Both the position numbers and the translations under genes were made by a program. DNA of 64,000 nucleotides from Escherichia coli (GTDB taxonomy: Bacteria; Pseudomonadota; Gammaproteobacteria; Enterobacterales; Enterobacteriaceae), in assembly GCF_044324785.1 (NCBI RefSeq), contig NZ_CP172127.1. One strand, written 5' to 3'. The notes below the pieces were generated by a model. That model was not told the DNA's origin. It was given only the letters and a program-made list of their open reading frames with translations, and ran no database searches. Below are positions 1 to 14,039 of the stretch, in pieces (the stretch's first letter is position 1; each line of letters opens with the position of its first letter).

Positions 1-626
1 TGACGGCAGGCTTGATCCGGCGTCATTGTTGCCAAATCGCGCAATGGCGTCTCACGGAAAGGGCCACCAGACCCGGTAAGTAAAATGGACACCACGCCAT
101 TTTGCTCAAGGTCAGCGTATCCCAGATTATGCTGGATAGGTTGCGGTAAACTCTGAAAAATGGCGTTATGTTCGCTATCGACCGGTAACAATTGCGCTTT
201 GCTCTGCTTTACGGCGTCCATAAACAGACGTCCGCAAGTAACCAGTGATTCTTTATTGGCCAGCAAAATGGTTTTACCCGCGCGGATCGCAGCAAGCGTA
301 GGTAACAGCCCAGCAGCACCAACAATGGCTGCCATCACCTGATCAACCTCCTCAAGCGCTGCCATATCGCAAGCGGCTTGTTGCCCACTTAAGACTTCGG
401 TGCAGCTCCCCTGTTGCTGTAGCATCGTTTTAAGAAGTTTCGCACTCGCTTCATCGTCCATTACGGCATAGCGGGGAGAGAATTCCAGGCACTGTTCTAC
501 CATGCGAGTGACATTTTTGCCTGCCACCAGCGCAACTACGCGGAAGTGTTCGGGATTATGGCGCACCACGTCCAGCGTGCTGCAACCAATCGAGCCGGTC
601 GAGCCCAGAATGGTGAGTTGCTTCAT
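1..626 (-). CDS. dxr: 1-deoxy-D-xylulose 5-phosphate reductoisomerase, N-terminal part (3' end lies outside the window)
   Basis: Reverse complement of 601-626 reads ATG AAG CAA CTC ACC ATT CTG GGC (MKQLTILG), the Dxr N-terminus; no complete ORF in track because the gene runs off the window; position downstream of frr as in K-12. Confidence 0.85.
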   Translation of the reverse strand, partial: MKQLTILGSTGSIGCSTLDVVRHNPEHFRVVALVAGKNVTRMVEQCLEFSPRYAVMDDEASAKLLKTMLQQQGSCTEVLSGQQAACDMAALEEVDQVMAAIVGAAGLLPTLAAIRAGKTILLANKESLVTCGRLFMDAVKQSKAQLLPVDSEHNAIFQSLPQPIQHNLGYADLEQNGVVSILLTGSGGPFRETPLRDLATMTPDQACR

Positions 627-654
627 GAAACATCCAGAGTTGAGACAGAATAAA

Positions 655-705
655 AAGCAAAACGCCGCCAGCCGATCCGCAAGGATCTACTGAGCGGCGT
701 TTTTG
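655..705 (-). terminator. Hairpin terminator between frr and dxr
   Basis: Long stem acgccgc (662-668) / gcggcgt (694-700) with an inner gatcc/ggatc stem; on the minus strand it is followed by ttgctttttatt. Confidence 0.5.
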
Positions 706-717
706 TCGTTCAAGAAA

Positions 718-1275
718 TCAGAACTGCATCAGTTCTGCTTCTTTGTCTGCCAGCGCCGCTTCAATTTTCTTGATTGCAGCATCAGTCAGTTTCTGTACAT
801 CGTCCTGAGAACGGCGATCGTCGTCTTCGCTGATCTCTTTATCTTTCAACAGTGCTTTCACTTTGTCGTTCGCGTCACGACGCACGTTACGTACTGCAAC
901 ACGCGCTTGTTCTGCTTCACCACGAACGATTTTGGTCAGATCTTTACGACGTTCTTCCGTCAGCGGCGGCAGCGGAACACGGATGTCGCTACCCGCAGAG
1001 TTCGGGTTCAGGCCAAGATCGGACGCCATAATCGCTTTTTCAACGGCCGGAGACATTGAACGATCAAACACGTTGATTTTCAGAGTACGGGAATCTTCTA
1101 CCGTTACGCTTGCCAGCTGACGCAGCGGCGTCGGCGTGCCGTAATATTCCACGACAATGCCATCCAGCAGGCTGGGAGAAGCACGACCCGTGCGTATTTT
1201 GCTGATTTGGGTTTTGAACGCTTCTACGCATTTGTCCATGCGTACTTCAGCATCTTTTCTGATATCGCTAATCAC
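718..1275 (-). CDS. frr: ribosome recycling factor
   Basis: 185-aa [43 protein letters not shown]...; length and synteny match Frr. Confidence 0.97.
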
Positions 1276-1566
1276 GTTACGAATCCTTGAAAACTTGTCT
1301 CAGTCAGACCAGACAGTCACACACAGTGGAAGTGTGCTAAGTATAGCCCTGATTAAACATATTACGGGTAATCGTCTGGATTATTAGGCTATTTTATTTG
1401 CCATTTTGGCCCTGGGCAGTGCTCGCCATCCTCACGCACTTGTGTACGCTCCGGTTGCTGCGCGCTGGCCGTGACCAAACTGCCTGCAACAATAACGCCT
1501 TATAACCAGACTTACGCCCCCGCGATACTTACGCGGAATCTTACCCTTATTTATCCATCACGGGAA

Positions 1567-2292
1567 TTATTCCGTGATTAAAGTCCCTTCTTTTTCACCC
1601 ATTACCACACGGCGCAGCGCACCCGGTTTGTTCATGTTGAAAACACGAATCGGTAATTTATGGTCACGAGCCAGCGTGAAGGCCGCCAGGTCCATGACTT
1701 TCAGCTCTTTTTCGAGCACTTCGCTGTAAGTCAGTTGCTCGTACATGGTTGCGGTTGGATCTTTCGCCGGATCAGCGGTAAACACGCCGTCAACTTTGGT
1801 TGCTTTCAGCACCACATCGGCTTCAATTTCGATACCACGCAGGCAAGCTGCTGAGTCGGTGGTAAAGAACGGGTTACCTGTACCGGCGGAGAGGATCACC
1901 ACACGGTTGTTGCGCAACAGGCTGATAGCTTCTGCCCAGCTGTAGCTGTCGCACACGCCATTCAATGGAATAGCGGACATCAGACGAGCGTTCACATAGG
2001 CGCGGTGCAGTGCATCACGCATTGCCAGGCCGTTCATTACGGTCGCCAGCATCCCCATGTGGTCGCCCACAACGCGGTTCATACCCGCTTTCGCCAGACC
2101 AGCGCCACGGAACAGGTTACCCCCACCAATCACCACACCAACCTGAATACCCAGTTCAACCAGTTCTTTGATTTCCTGAGCCATGCGATCCAGTATGCTT
2201 GCATCAATACCGAAGCCTTCAGTGCCCTGCAGAGCTTCGCCACTCAACTTAAGCAGAATGCGTTTATAGACGGGTTTTGCATTGGTAGCCAT
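1567..2292 (-). CDS. pyrH: UMP kinase
   Basis: 241-aa [26 protein letters not shown]...; amino-acid kinase fold; synteny frr-pyrH-tsf. Confidence 0.97.
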   Translation of the reverse strand: MATNAKPVYKRILLKLSGEALQGTEGFGIDASILDRMAQEIKELVELGIQVGVVIGGGNLFRGAGLAKAGMNRVVGDHMGMLATVMNGLAMRDALHRAYVNARLMSAIPLNGVCDSYSWAEAISLLRNNRVVILSAGTGNPFFTTDSAACLRGIEIEADVVLKATKVDGVFTADPAKDPTATMYEQLTYSEVLEKELKVMDLAAFTLARDHKLPIRVFNMNKPGALRRVVMGEKEGTLITE

Positions 2293-2399
2293 GTTTCTTT
2301 CCTGAGACTGTCAACGATTGAAATGAATTAATACTAGCGACATTGTACGTCGCTTTTCAGCGCAGCCCCACAAGGGTTAGCTGAATTTACAAGATGGGC

Positions 2400-2428
2400 A
2401 CAAAAAGAAGCCGCCCTCAGGCGGCTCC
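2400..2428 (-). terminator. Rho-independent terminator after tsf
   Basis: agccgcc-ctca-ggcggct at 2409-2426; on the minus strand it is followed by ttcttttt. Confidence 0.7.
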
Positions 2429-2438
2429 TTTTCGATAA

Positions 2439-3290
2439 TTAAGACTGCTTGGACATCGCAGCAACTTCTGCTGCAAAGTCAGTCTCAACTTTCTCGATGC
2501 CTTCACCCACTTCGAAGCGGATGAAGCCAGTCACTTCAGCGTTATGCTCTTTCAGCAGCTGACCAACAGTTTTGCTTGGTTCCATAACGAACGGCTGACC
2601 GGTCAGAGAAACTTCGCCGGTGAATTTCTTCATGCGGCCTTCAACCATTTTCTCTGCGATTTCTTTCGGCTTACCAGACTGCATCGCGATATCCAGCTGT
2701 ACCTGGTATTCTTTTTCTACCACTTCAGCGGATACGTCTTCCGGTTTGATGAATTCTGGCTTGCTTGCAGCAACGTGCATAGCGATGTGTTTAACCAGCT
2801 CTTCGTCAGCGCCTTTAGCAGCAACCAGAACGCCGATACGCGCACCGTGCTGATAAGAACCCAGAACGTCGCCTTCCAGCGCAGCAACGCGGCGAATGTT
2901 GATGTTTTCACCAATTTTCGCTACCAGCGCAACACGTTCTTCTTCGAACTGTGCTTTCAGAACTTCAACGTCAGTGATTTTGCCAGCAACAGCTGCGTCC
3001 AGAACTTTGTCTGCGAACGCCTGGAAACCAGCGTCTTTTGCAACGAAGTCAGTCTGGCAGTTAACTTCCAGAATGATGCCGTAGTTGCCGTCGATTTTGG
3101 TTTTGATCACGCCGTCAGCAGCAACGTTGCCTGCTTTTTTCGCTGCTTTAATAGCACCGGACTTACGCATGTTTTCGATTGCCAGCTCGATGTCGCCGTT
3201 AGCTTCAGTCAGTGCTTTTTTGCAATCCATCATGCCTGCGCCAGTACGCTCACGCAGCTCTTTTACCAGGGATGCGGTAATTTCAGCCAT
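2439..3290 (-). CDS. tsf: elongation factor Ts
   Basis: 283-aa [48 protein letters not shown]... Confidence 0.97.
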
Positions 3291-3340
3291 TCTAAAATCC
3301 TCGGAGATGTGATCTGCCCGGCATTAAACCGCACAGATAT

Positions 3341-3374
3341 AAAAGTGAAAAAGGGGGCCATATGCAGGCCCCCT
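3341..3374 (-). terminator. Intergenic rpsB-tsf hairpin (attenuator-type partial terminator)
   Basis: gggggcc-atatgca-ggccccc at 3353-3373; on the minus strand it is followed by tttttcactttt; sits about 60 nt upstream of the tsf start. Confidence 0.6.
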
Positions 3375-3547
3375 AACCAAACGTGTACTACCTGGTCTAT
3401 AAGGGCTCTCCCCCTTCATATTTCGCGCCGCAGATGCGTTATCTTCGCTCGCTCATCCCGGTCACTTACTGATGTAAGCTCCCGGGAATTCTCGAGCTTG
3501 CCGCCTTTCTGCAACTCGAACTATTTTGGGGGAGTTATCAAGCCTTA

Positions 3548-4495
<948 letters not shown>

Positions 4496-4640
4496 TCAGA
4501 CGTTGAATTTTCTATTATAGAAAACCTTCAGTGGCACGTTTGGCGAAATTCAGAATGATTCTCAATTTGCCCGGGTGTGATACCATTGACGGCACTTACA
4601 TATATATTGTCGGTATCACCGACGCTGATGGACAGAATTA

Positions 4641-5435
4641 ATGGCTATCTCAATCAAGACCCCAGAAGATATCGAAAAAATGCGCGTCGCTGGCCGACTG
4701 GCTGCCGAAGTGCTGGAGATGATCGAACCGTATGTTAAACCGGGCGTCAGCACCGGCGAGCTGGATCGCATCTGTAATGATTACATTGTTAATGAACAAC
4801 ACGCGGTTTCTGCCTGCCTCGGCTATCACGGTTATCCGAAATCCGTCTGCATCTCTATTAATGAAGTGGTGTGCCACGGTATCCCGGACGACGCCAAGCT
4901 GCTGAAAGATGGCGATATCGTTAACATTGATGTCACCGTAATCAAAGATGGTTTCCACGGCGATACCTCGAAAATGTTTATCGTCGGTAAGCCGACCATC
5001 ATGGGCGAACGTCTGTGCCGCATCACGCAAGAAAGCCTGTACCTGGCGCTGCGCATGGTCAAACCTGGCATTAATCTGCGCGAAATCGGTGCGGCGATTC
5101 AGAAATTTGTTGAAGCAGAAGGTTTCTCCGTCGTTCGTGAATATTGTGGACACGGTATTGGTCGTGGCTTCCATGAAGAACCGCAGGTACTGCACTATGA
5201 CTCCCCTGAAACCAACGTCGTGCTGAAACCGGGGATGACCTTCACCATCGAGCCAATGGTCAACGCGGGTAAAAAAGAGATCCGCACCATGAAAGATGGC
5301 TGGACGGTAAAAACCAAAGATCGCAGCTTGTCTGCACAATATGAGCATACTATTGTGGTGACTGATAACGGCTGCGAAATTCTGACGCTACGCAAGGATG
5401 ACACCATCCCGGCGATAATCTCGCACGACGAATAA
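4641..5435 (+). CDS. map: methionine aminopeptidase
   Basis: 264-aa ORF MAISIKTPEDIEKMRVAGRLAAEVLEMIEPYVKPGV... Confidence 0.97.
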   Translation: MAISIKTPEDIEKMRVAGRLAAEVLEMIEPYVKPGVSTGELDRICNDYIVNEQHAVSACLGYHGYPKSVCISINEVVCHGIPDDAKLLKDGDIVNIDVTVIKDGFHGDTSKMFIVGKPTIMGERLCRITQESLYLALRMVKPGINLREIGAAIQKFVEAEGFSVVREYCGHGIGRGFHEEPQVLHYDSPETNVVLKPGMTFTIEPMVNAGKKEIRTMKDGWTVKTKDRSLSAQYEHTIVVTDNGCEILTLRKDDTIPAIISHDE

Positions 5436-5439
5436 GATG

Positions 5440-5465
5440 AAGCCGGCGAATGCCGGCTTTTTTAA
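5440..5465 (+). terminator. Rho-independent terminator after map
   Basis: Hairpin agccggc-gaa-tgccggct at 5441-5458 followed by a T run (cttttttaa). Confidence 0.75.
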
Positions 5466-5478
5466 TGCGATAATTTAA

Positions 5479-8169
<2,691 letters not shown>

Positions 8170-8199
8170 TGTGTTTACTGATATGAAAAGAGTTTAACA

Positions 8200-9024
8200 A
8201 TGCAGCAGTTACAGAACATTATTGAAACCGCTTTTGAACGCCGTGCCGAGATCACGCCAGCCAATGCAGACACCGTTACCCGCGAAGCGGTAAATCAGGT
8301 GATCGCCCTGCTGGATTCCGGCGCACTGCGTGTGGCGGAAAAAATTGACGGTCAGTGGGTGACGCATCAGTGGTTGAAAAAGGCGGTGCTGCTCTCTTTC
8401 CGTATTAATGATAATCAGGTGATCGAAGGGGCAGAAAGCCGCTACTTCGATAAAGTGCCGATGAAATTCGCCAACTACGATGAAGCGCGTTTCCAGAAAG
8501 AAGGCTTCCGCGTTGTACCACCAGCGGCGGTACGTCAGGGTGCGTTCATTGCCCGTAACACCGTGCTGATGCCGTCTTACGTCAACATCGGCGCATATGT
8601 TGATGAAGGCACCATGGTTGATACCTGGGCGACCGTCGGTTCCTGTGCGCAGATTGGTAAAAACGTCCATCTTTCCGGTGGCGTAGGTATCGGCGGCGTG
8701 CTGGAGCCATTACAGGCGAACCCGACCATTATTGAAGATAACTGCTTCATTGGCGCGCGTTCTGAAGTGGTTGAAGGCGTAATTGTCGAAGAAGGTTCCG
8801 TCATTTCCATGGGCGTATACATCGGTCAGAGCACCCGTATTTACGACCGTGAAACCGGCGAAATCCACTACGGTCGCGTTCCGGCGGGGTCTGTGGTTGT
8901 TTCAGGTAATCTGCCGTCGAAAGATGGCAAATACAGTCTTTACTGTGCGGTTATCGTTAAGAAAGTTGACGCGAAAACTCGCGGCAAAGTCGGCATTAAC
9001 GAACTGCTGCGTACCATCGACTAA
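8200..9024 (+). CDS. dapD: 2,3,4,5-tetrahydropyridine-2,6-dicarboxylate N-succinyltransferase
   Basis: 274-aa [51 protein letters not shown]... Confidence 0.97.
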
Positions 9025-9034
9025 AAATCAGTAC

Positions 9035-9064
9035 ACGGGCAGCATGACGCTGCCCGATTTTTTG
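9035..9064 (+). terminator. Rho-independent terminator after dapD
   Basis: Hairpin gggcagc-atgac-gctgccc at 9037-9055 followed by gattttttg. Confidence 0.7.
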
Positions 9065-9076
9065 CAGGGATGGATG

Positions 9077-9889
9077 ATGATCACACGCAGGCGTTTTTTA
9101 CAGGCAGCCGCCGCGACGTTAGCTGCCGGATCAAGCCTCAGCTATATGCATTATTGGGAACCTGGCTGGCTTGAAATAACCCATCACAGCATCAGCTTTT
9201 TTAAAGACAAAGCCCTACCTTTTAAAATTCTTTTTCTGGCAGATCTCCATTACTCCCGCTTTGTTCCGCTTACCTTGTTTTCAGACGCCATTAATCATGG
9301 AGTGGCACAAAAGCCCGATTTGATTCTGCTAGGCGGCGATTACGTATTGTTTGATATGCCGCTGAATTTTTCAGCCTTCAGTGACGTACTCTCTCCCCTT
9401 GCCAAATGTGCGCCGACATTTGCCTGTTACGGCAACCACGATCGCCCCGTGAGAACGGAGAAAAATCACTTAATTGGCGAGGCGTTAAAGACGGCGGGGA
9501 TCACGGTGTTATTTAACGAAGCCACGCTTATCTCCACTCAGAAGCAGCAATTTGAACTGGTTGGCGCAGGTGATTTATGGGCCGGGCAATGTAATCCACC
9601 CGGCGTAAATGACGCGAGTCTGCCACGGCTGATGCTGGCGCATAATCCCGACAGTAAAGAACGCCTGCGCGAAGAAAAATGGGATCTAATGCTTTGCGGT
9701 CATACTCACGGCGGGCAGCTCCACGTGCCGTTAATAGGCGAACCTTTTGCGCCTGTTGCCGATAAACGCTACGTCGCCGGGTTAAATGCCTTTGGCGAGC
9801 GGCAAATTTACACCACCCGCGGCGTGGGAAATTTGCATGGCTTGCGTCTGAACTGCCGCCCGGAAGTGACGATGCTGGAACTGATTTAA
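9077..9889 (+). CDS. yaeI: metallophosphoesterase (phosphodiesterase YaeI) with twin-arginine signal
   Basis: ORF track shows a 368-aa ORF starting at 8783 that overlaps dapD; the plausible start is ATG at 9077 (MITRRRFLQAAAATLAAGSS, a Tat-type RRxFLQ motif), giving 270 aa as in K-12; has GNHD and GHTHGG phosphoesterase motifs. Confidence 0.9.
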   Translation: MITRRRFLQAAAATLAAGSSLSYMHYWEPGWLEITHHSISFFKDKALPFKILFLADLHYSRFVPLTLFSDAINHGVAQKPDLILLGGDYVLFDMPLNFSAFSDVLSPLAKCAPTFACYGNHDRPVRTEKNHLIGEALKTAGITVLFNEATLISTQKQQFELVGAGDLWAGQCNPPGVNDASLPRLMLAHNPDSKERLREEKWDLMLCGHTHGGQLHVPLIGEPFAPVADKRYVAGLNAFGERQIYTTRGVGNLHGLRLNCRPEVTMLELI

Positions 9890-9903
9890 CTGGAGATTCA
9901 ATA

Positions 9904-10614
9904 ATGGATTATTTTCTCGGCGGCTATATGTTGCTACATTGCCTGCCCGTTGAGGGGCTTCATCCGCAACTTAAAGGTAAACCACTGCTAACGTGCAGTA
10001 CCTGTTTTAATGAAAGTCTGCTTTGTGCCTGGTCTTACGCGTGGTTAGGTTCCGATAAAGACTCTCCTTATGATGGCAATATGTCACTTTACGAACATCT
10101 GGAAGCCACTTTTTTGCTTACAGACGAAGACAGGGAACAGATCCGCATCCGGGCAAATGATTGGTTCAATGAGGATAAAGTTGGCTGGGAAAGTATATTC
10201 ATGGATAAATCGACCGCTATTGAATATAAACAAAGTTTCTTTCCCCATATCGAGAATTGCTACCTTCTTGCAATCTATATCAGAGAACCGAATGTACAAG
10301 AGTTCTCCCTTTATCCATCCCATGATGGTATTGCTGCAAGGCTTCTTCGCAGGCAGCCTGAACGAAATGAAATGGATGAAAAGTTATTAGGTTACGATAT
10401 TCTGGGTCTGGAAATCGGCGGGCAGTTCCATACATCTCACTGCCATCCATTGTATAACGAACTCCACCAGCGCTTCGGTCTCACCCTCAATCAACACGGA
10501 CTTTATAACGAAATCCCGGACTGGCAACCGGTCGTGGACTATATGAACGACGACGCCACGGGATGCGAACCCGTCCCCTGGGGTATCGCCACAATAAAGC
10601 AGGTAATTTTTTGA
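9904..10614 (+). CDS. hypothetical 236-aa acidic protein of unknown function, with an N-terminal Cys cluster; not part of the K-12 gene order as I recall it
   Basis: Intact 236-aa ORF MDYFLGGYMLLHCLPVEGLHPQLKGKPLLTCSTCFNESLLCAWSYAW...; ATG 15 nt after yaeI stop with a GGAG 8 nt upstream; occupies an 844-bp yaeI-yaeH spacer that I recall as about 160 bp in K-12; appears more AT-rich than its neighbours. Confidence 0.6.
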   Translation: MDYFLGGYMLLHCLPVEGLHPQLKGKPLLTCSTCFNESLLCAWSYAWLGSDKDSPYDGNMSLYEHLEATFLLTDEDREQIRIRANDWFNEDKVGWESIFMDKSTAIEYKQSFFPHIENCYLLAIYIREPNVQEFSLYPSHDGIAARLLRRQPERNEMDEKLLGYDILGLEIGGQFHTSHCHPLYNELHQRFGLTLNQHGLYNEIPDWQPVVDYMNDDATGCEPVPWGIATIKQVIF

Positions 10615-10733
10615 TTTTTACGCCATGATAGAAGTCTGGAAGAAAAAGGCTTTCTGCGATCACAGTCGAGCCGAGCGGGCCAGGCCAAATGCTAAAATAA
10701 GCACAATTTACTGACTCATTTTGAGGTAACGCT

Positions 10734-11120
10734 ATGTACGACAATCTGAAAAGTCTGGGTATTACCAATCCTGAAGAAATTGATCGTTACAGCCTCCGGC
10801 AGGAAGCCAACAACGATATTCTGAAAATCTATTTCCAGAAAGACAAAGGCGAGTTTTTTGCCAAGAGCGTGAAATTTAAATATCCGCGTCAGCGTAAAAC
10901 GGTCGTCGCCGATGGTGTGGGTCAGGGTTATAAAGAAGTGCAGGAGATTAGCCCTAATCTTCGCTATATCATTGATGAGTTAGATCAAATCTGCCAGCGT
11001 GACCGCAGCGAAGTTGATCTTAAGCGTAAGATCCTCGACGACTTACGTCACCTGGAGTCAGTAGTAACCAATAAGATCAGCGAGATTGAAGCCGATCTGG
11101 AAAAACTGACGCGTAAATAA
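10734..11120 (+). CDS. yaeH: UPF0325 family protein YaeH
   Basis: 128-aa [45 protein letters not shown]...; GAGG upstream of the ATG. Confidence 0.93.
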   Translation: MYDNLKSLGITNPEEIDRYSLRQEANNDILKIYFQKDKGEFFAKSVKFKYPRQRKTVVADGVGQGYKEVQEISPNLRYIIDELDQICQRDRSEVDLKRKILDDLRHLESVVTNKISEIEADLEKLTRK

Positions 11121-11131
11121 TGCCATTCTGT

Positions 11132-11166
11132 GGGCCGGGTAAAGTCTCACCCGGCTGTAATTTTGT
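11132..11166 (+). terminator. Hairpin terminator between convergent yaeH and cdaR
   Basis: Stem gccgggt (11134-11140) / acccggc (11149-11155), then ctgtaattttgt. Confidence 0.5.
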
Positions 11167-11173
11167 CATCGAC

Positions 11174-12331
11174 CTACCGCTCTTCATCCAGTTGTAACGC
11201 CACATACAGCAGCAATCTGTCATCAAAATTGCCCAAATCAAGCCCGGTCAGTTCCGATATACGATTAAGCCGATACTCCAGAGTATTACGATGAATAAAC
11301 AACGCCTTTGACGTTGCCAGCGGTTGCACATTGTGGCGAAACCACGCCGCCAGCGTTCGCCGCAGCAAGCCGTTATTGTCCATCGCTTTCAGCCGCGCCA
11401 GCGGTCGCGCCAGTTCGTTGGCCTGCCAGTCGCCACGCAAACTGTCGAGTAACACAGGCAACATCAGATCCTGATAAAAATAGCAGCGACTTTCAGGCAT
11501 TCGCTGTTTACCCACCACCATCGTCGTTTTCGCCGTACGATAGGATCGGGCAATACTGCCCGGTCCGGTAAAATAGTTGCCCAGCGAAACGCGAAAACGC
11601 AGCTGGCCGTACTCTTTCATGCGGGTAATGAGTTGTTCAACTCGCTTACGATGATCTTCTGCATCCCAGCGCCCAAAAGAGTTCAACGCCGGTTTCAACA
11701 CCACCATTTCGGTCAGCGAGACAATCGCCACCAGATTATTACGCTCAGGCGTAGTCAGCGCGTTTTGCAGTTGCTGTAACTCCGCCATTGCGCTGTCCAC
11801 GCCAAGCTGACCGCTGTCGACCTCAACAATAGCCACCACTCGCGGTTGATTGAGATCGATCCCCAGCCGTTGCGCCCATTCAGTAAGTGCGGGGGTATTC
11901 TCCTCAGCCTGAATCAGGTTCATCACCAGTTCTTCCCGCAAACGGCTATCCTGCGCCAACAGGTGCATCAACCGCGACTGTTCCAGCATCATTTCAGCCG
12001 TCATGCAGACCAGTTCGCCATATTTACGCAGGTTCTCTGGTTCACCAGTCAGGCCAATTACGCCGACAATTTCACCTTCCAGCCGTAACGGTAGATTAAT
12101 CCCTTGCCGCACACCGTGCAGATGACGTGCCACCGCGTCATCGATATCCACTACTCGTCCCTGTGAAAGTACCAGCAATGCACCTTCGTGCAATTCACCA
12201 ATACGCTCACGATCGCCGCTGCCGATAATTCGCCCGCGGGCATCCATTACGTTGATATTGGTATCGATGATGCGCATGGTACGTGCCACGATATCCTGCG
12301 CCATTTTGGTATCAAGATGCCAGCCAGCCAT
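11174..12331 (-). CDS. cdaR: carbohydrate diacid regulator (SdaR/CdaR family transcriptional activator)
   Basis: ORF track 391 aa; start placed at the internal Met (MAGWHLDTKMAQDIVARTMRIID...) giving 385 aa; C-terminal helix-turn-helix. Confidence 0.93.
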   Translation of the reverse strand: MAGWHLDTKMAQDIVARTMRIIDTNINVMDARGRIIGSGDRERIGELHEGALLVLSQGRVVDIDDAVARHLHGVRQGINLPLRLEGEIVGVIGLTGEPENLRKYGELVCMTAEMMLEQSRLMHLLAQDSRLREELVMNLIQAEENTPALTEWAQRLGIDLNQPRVVAIVEVDSGQLGVDSAMAELQQLQNALTTPERNNLVAIVSLTEMVVLKPALNSFGRWDAEDHRKRVEQLITRMKEYGQLRFRVSLGNYFTGPGSIARSYRTAKTTMVVGKQRMPESRCYFYQDLMLPVLLDSLRGDWQANELARPLARLKAMDNNGLLRRTLAAWFRHNVQPLATSKALFIHRNTLEYRLNRISELTGLDLGNFDDRLLLYVALQLDEER

Positions 12332-12449
12332 AAGTCCTCCGTTATGCACGGCTTAGCATAAGGAAGTACGTAACGTACGGCATTGTGCAAATGCCCAAAG
12401 GATGATGAAGATGTATGGAGTTGTGGCGAAGTTCACAGATTGTAAGGAG

Positions 12450-12478
12450 AACCCCTTCCCGTATTCAGGAAGGGGTTG
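12450..12478 (-). terminator. Hairpin terminator downstream of degP
   Basis: Stem ccccttcc (12453-12460) / ggaagggg (12468-12475); on the minus strand it is followed by a weak U-rich tract. Confidence 0.45.
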
Positions 12479-12485
12479 AGGGAGA

Positions 12486-13910
12486 TTACTGCATTAACAG
12501 GTAGATGGTGCTGTCGCCGCGCTGAATGTTCAGTGCCAGCACAGACGGTTTGCTGTCGAGAACTTTACGCAGTTCAGCGATATTTTTCACTGCCTGCTGG
12601 TTCGCGCCAATAATCACATCACCTTTTTTCAGGCCGATCTGCGCAGCCGGAGTGCCCGTTTTCACGTTGTTCACTACCACGCCCTGATCTTTGCCTTTGT
12701 TGCTCATCTCAGCGCCTTCAATGCCGTTGAAGATGGAGCTGGAATCAACCTGATTCTGGCTGCTCTGCTGCAGTTCCAGGTTCACGTTAACCTGCTTACC
12801 GTCGCGCAGTAAGCCCAGGGTCAGTTTGCTACCCACCGGCATAGTACCCACCTGAGCACGCAGCGCGGCAAAGCTGCTGATTGGCTTACCGTTCAGTGAG
12901 GTGATCACATCACCCGCTTTAATGCCCGCTTTTGCAGCGGAGGAGTTAGGCAGAACCTGGCTTACGAAAGCACCGCGCTGGGCGTCAACTTTCATCGCTT
13001 TCGCCAGTTCGGAGTTCAGCTCAGTCCCCATAATACCCAGCTCACCGCGTTTCACCTGGCCGTATTCCACCATCTGAGAGGTCAGGTTTTTCACCATGTT
13101 ACTCGGGATAGCAAAACCGATACCGATGTTGCCGCCGTCCGGTGCGAGGATCGCGGTGTTGATACCGATCAGTTCGCCGTTCAGGTTAACCAACGCACCA
13201 CCGGAGTTACCACGGTTGATCGCTGCATCGGTCTGGATGAAGTTTTCGTAGTTTTCAGCATTCAGGCCGCTACGCCCCAGCGCAGAGACAATCCCGGAAG
13301 TTACCGTCTCACCCAGACCAAACGGGTTACCAATTGCTACGGTGTAATCACCCACGCGCAGTGCATCAGAATCCGCCATCTTAATTGCGGTCAGATTTTT
13401 CGGGTTCTGGATCTGGATCAGCGCGATATCAGAGCGCGGATCTTTGCCAACCATCTTCGCGTCGAACTTACGACCATCGCTCAGCTGGACTTTAATCACC
13501 GTCGCGTTATCAACAACGTGGTTGTTGGTGACGACATAGCCTTTATCGGCATCAATGATGACGCCGGAACCCAGCGCCATGAATTTCTGTTGCTGGCCGC
13601 CGCCATTACCGCCCTGGCCCCCCTGGCAGAACGGAGAGCTCTGGAACGGAGAACCTTCCTGGCAGAACGGAGAATCATCACCGAAGAACTGCTGGAAATT
13701 ACGCGGCATACGCGGCGTATTAACGGTTGTGCTACCTTCTACGTTAATGCTGACCACTGAAGGCATCACCTTTTCGAGCATCGGTGCAAGGCTTGGCATC
13801 TGCTGGGCTGTCGTTGCTGAAGAAGTCTCAGCCGCCGTTGCAGAGAGCGGAGATAACGCCAAACCTAAACTCAGAGCCAGTGCACTCAGTGCTAATGTGG
13901 TTTTTTTCAT
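12486..13910 (-). CDS. degP: periplasmic serine endoprotease / chaperone DegP (HtrA)
   Basis: 474-aa ORF MKKTTLALSALALSLGLALSPLSATAAE...; signal peptide, trypsin-like GNSGGAL motif, two PDZ-like C-terminal regions. Confidence 0.97.
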   Translation of the reverse strand: MKKTTLALSALALSLGLALSPLSATAAETSSATTAQQMPSLAPMLEKVMPSVVSINVEGSTTVNTPRMPRNFQQFFGDDSPFCQEGSPFQSSPFCQGGQGGNGGGQQQKFMALGSGVIIDADKGYVVTNNHVVDNATVIKVQLSDGRKFDAKMVGKDPRSDIALIQIQNPKNLTAIKMADSDALRVGDYTVAIGNPFGLGETVTSGIVSALGRSGLNAENYENFIQTDAAINRGNSGGALVNLNGELIGINTAILAPDGGNIGIGFAIPSNMVKNLTSQMVEYGQVKRGELGIMGTELNSELAKAMKVDAQRGAFVSQVLPNSSAAKAGIKAGDVITSLNGKPISSFAALRAQVGTMPVGSKLTLGLLRDGKQVNVNLELQQSSQNQVDSSSIFNGIEGAEMSNKGKDQGVVVNNVKTGTPAAQIGLKKGDVIIGANQQAVKNIAELRKVLDSKPSVLALNIQRGDSTIYLLMQ

Positions 13911-13949
13911 GTATTTCAGTCTCGATTAACAGATAACGCAAAATTGCTG

Positions 13950-13990
13950 TGTTCTTCAGATTCGTTTTATAGCGCGAAGTTCCGAACTAA
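13950..13990 (-). promoter_or_regulatory. sigma-E type promoter of degP
   Basis: Minus-strand read gives GGAACTT-16 nt-TCTGA (plus-strand aagttcc at 13977-13983 and tcaga at 13956-13960), which fits the sigma-E consensus, about 40 nt upstream of the degP ATG. Confidence 0.65.
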
Positions 13991-14039
13991 AGTTTCTGCA
14001 AAAGGTAAAAATTTATTGTTCGTCTTTACAAAAGCCTGG

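Noticed and set aside
4650-5348. 232-aa ORF on the minus strand
   Set aside because: Antisense to map, which is clearly the real gene.
8783-9076. N-terminal extension of the yaeI ORF (368-aa version)
   Set aside because: The extension overlaps the dapD 3' end and the dapD terminator; the Tat-signal Met at 9077 reproduces the K-12 270-aa product.
10070-10390. 106-aa plus-strand ORF and 79-aa minus-strand ORF inside the 236-aa ORF
   Set aside because: Both are nested in or antisense to the longer ORF, which has the better start context.
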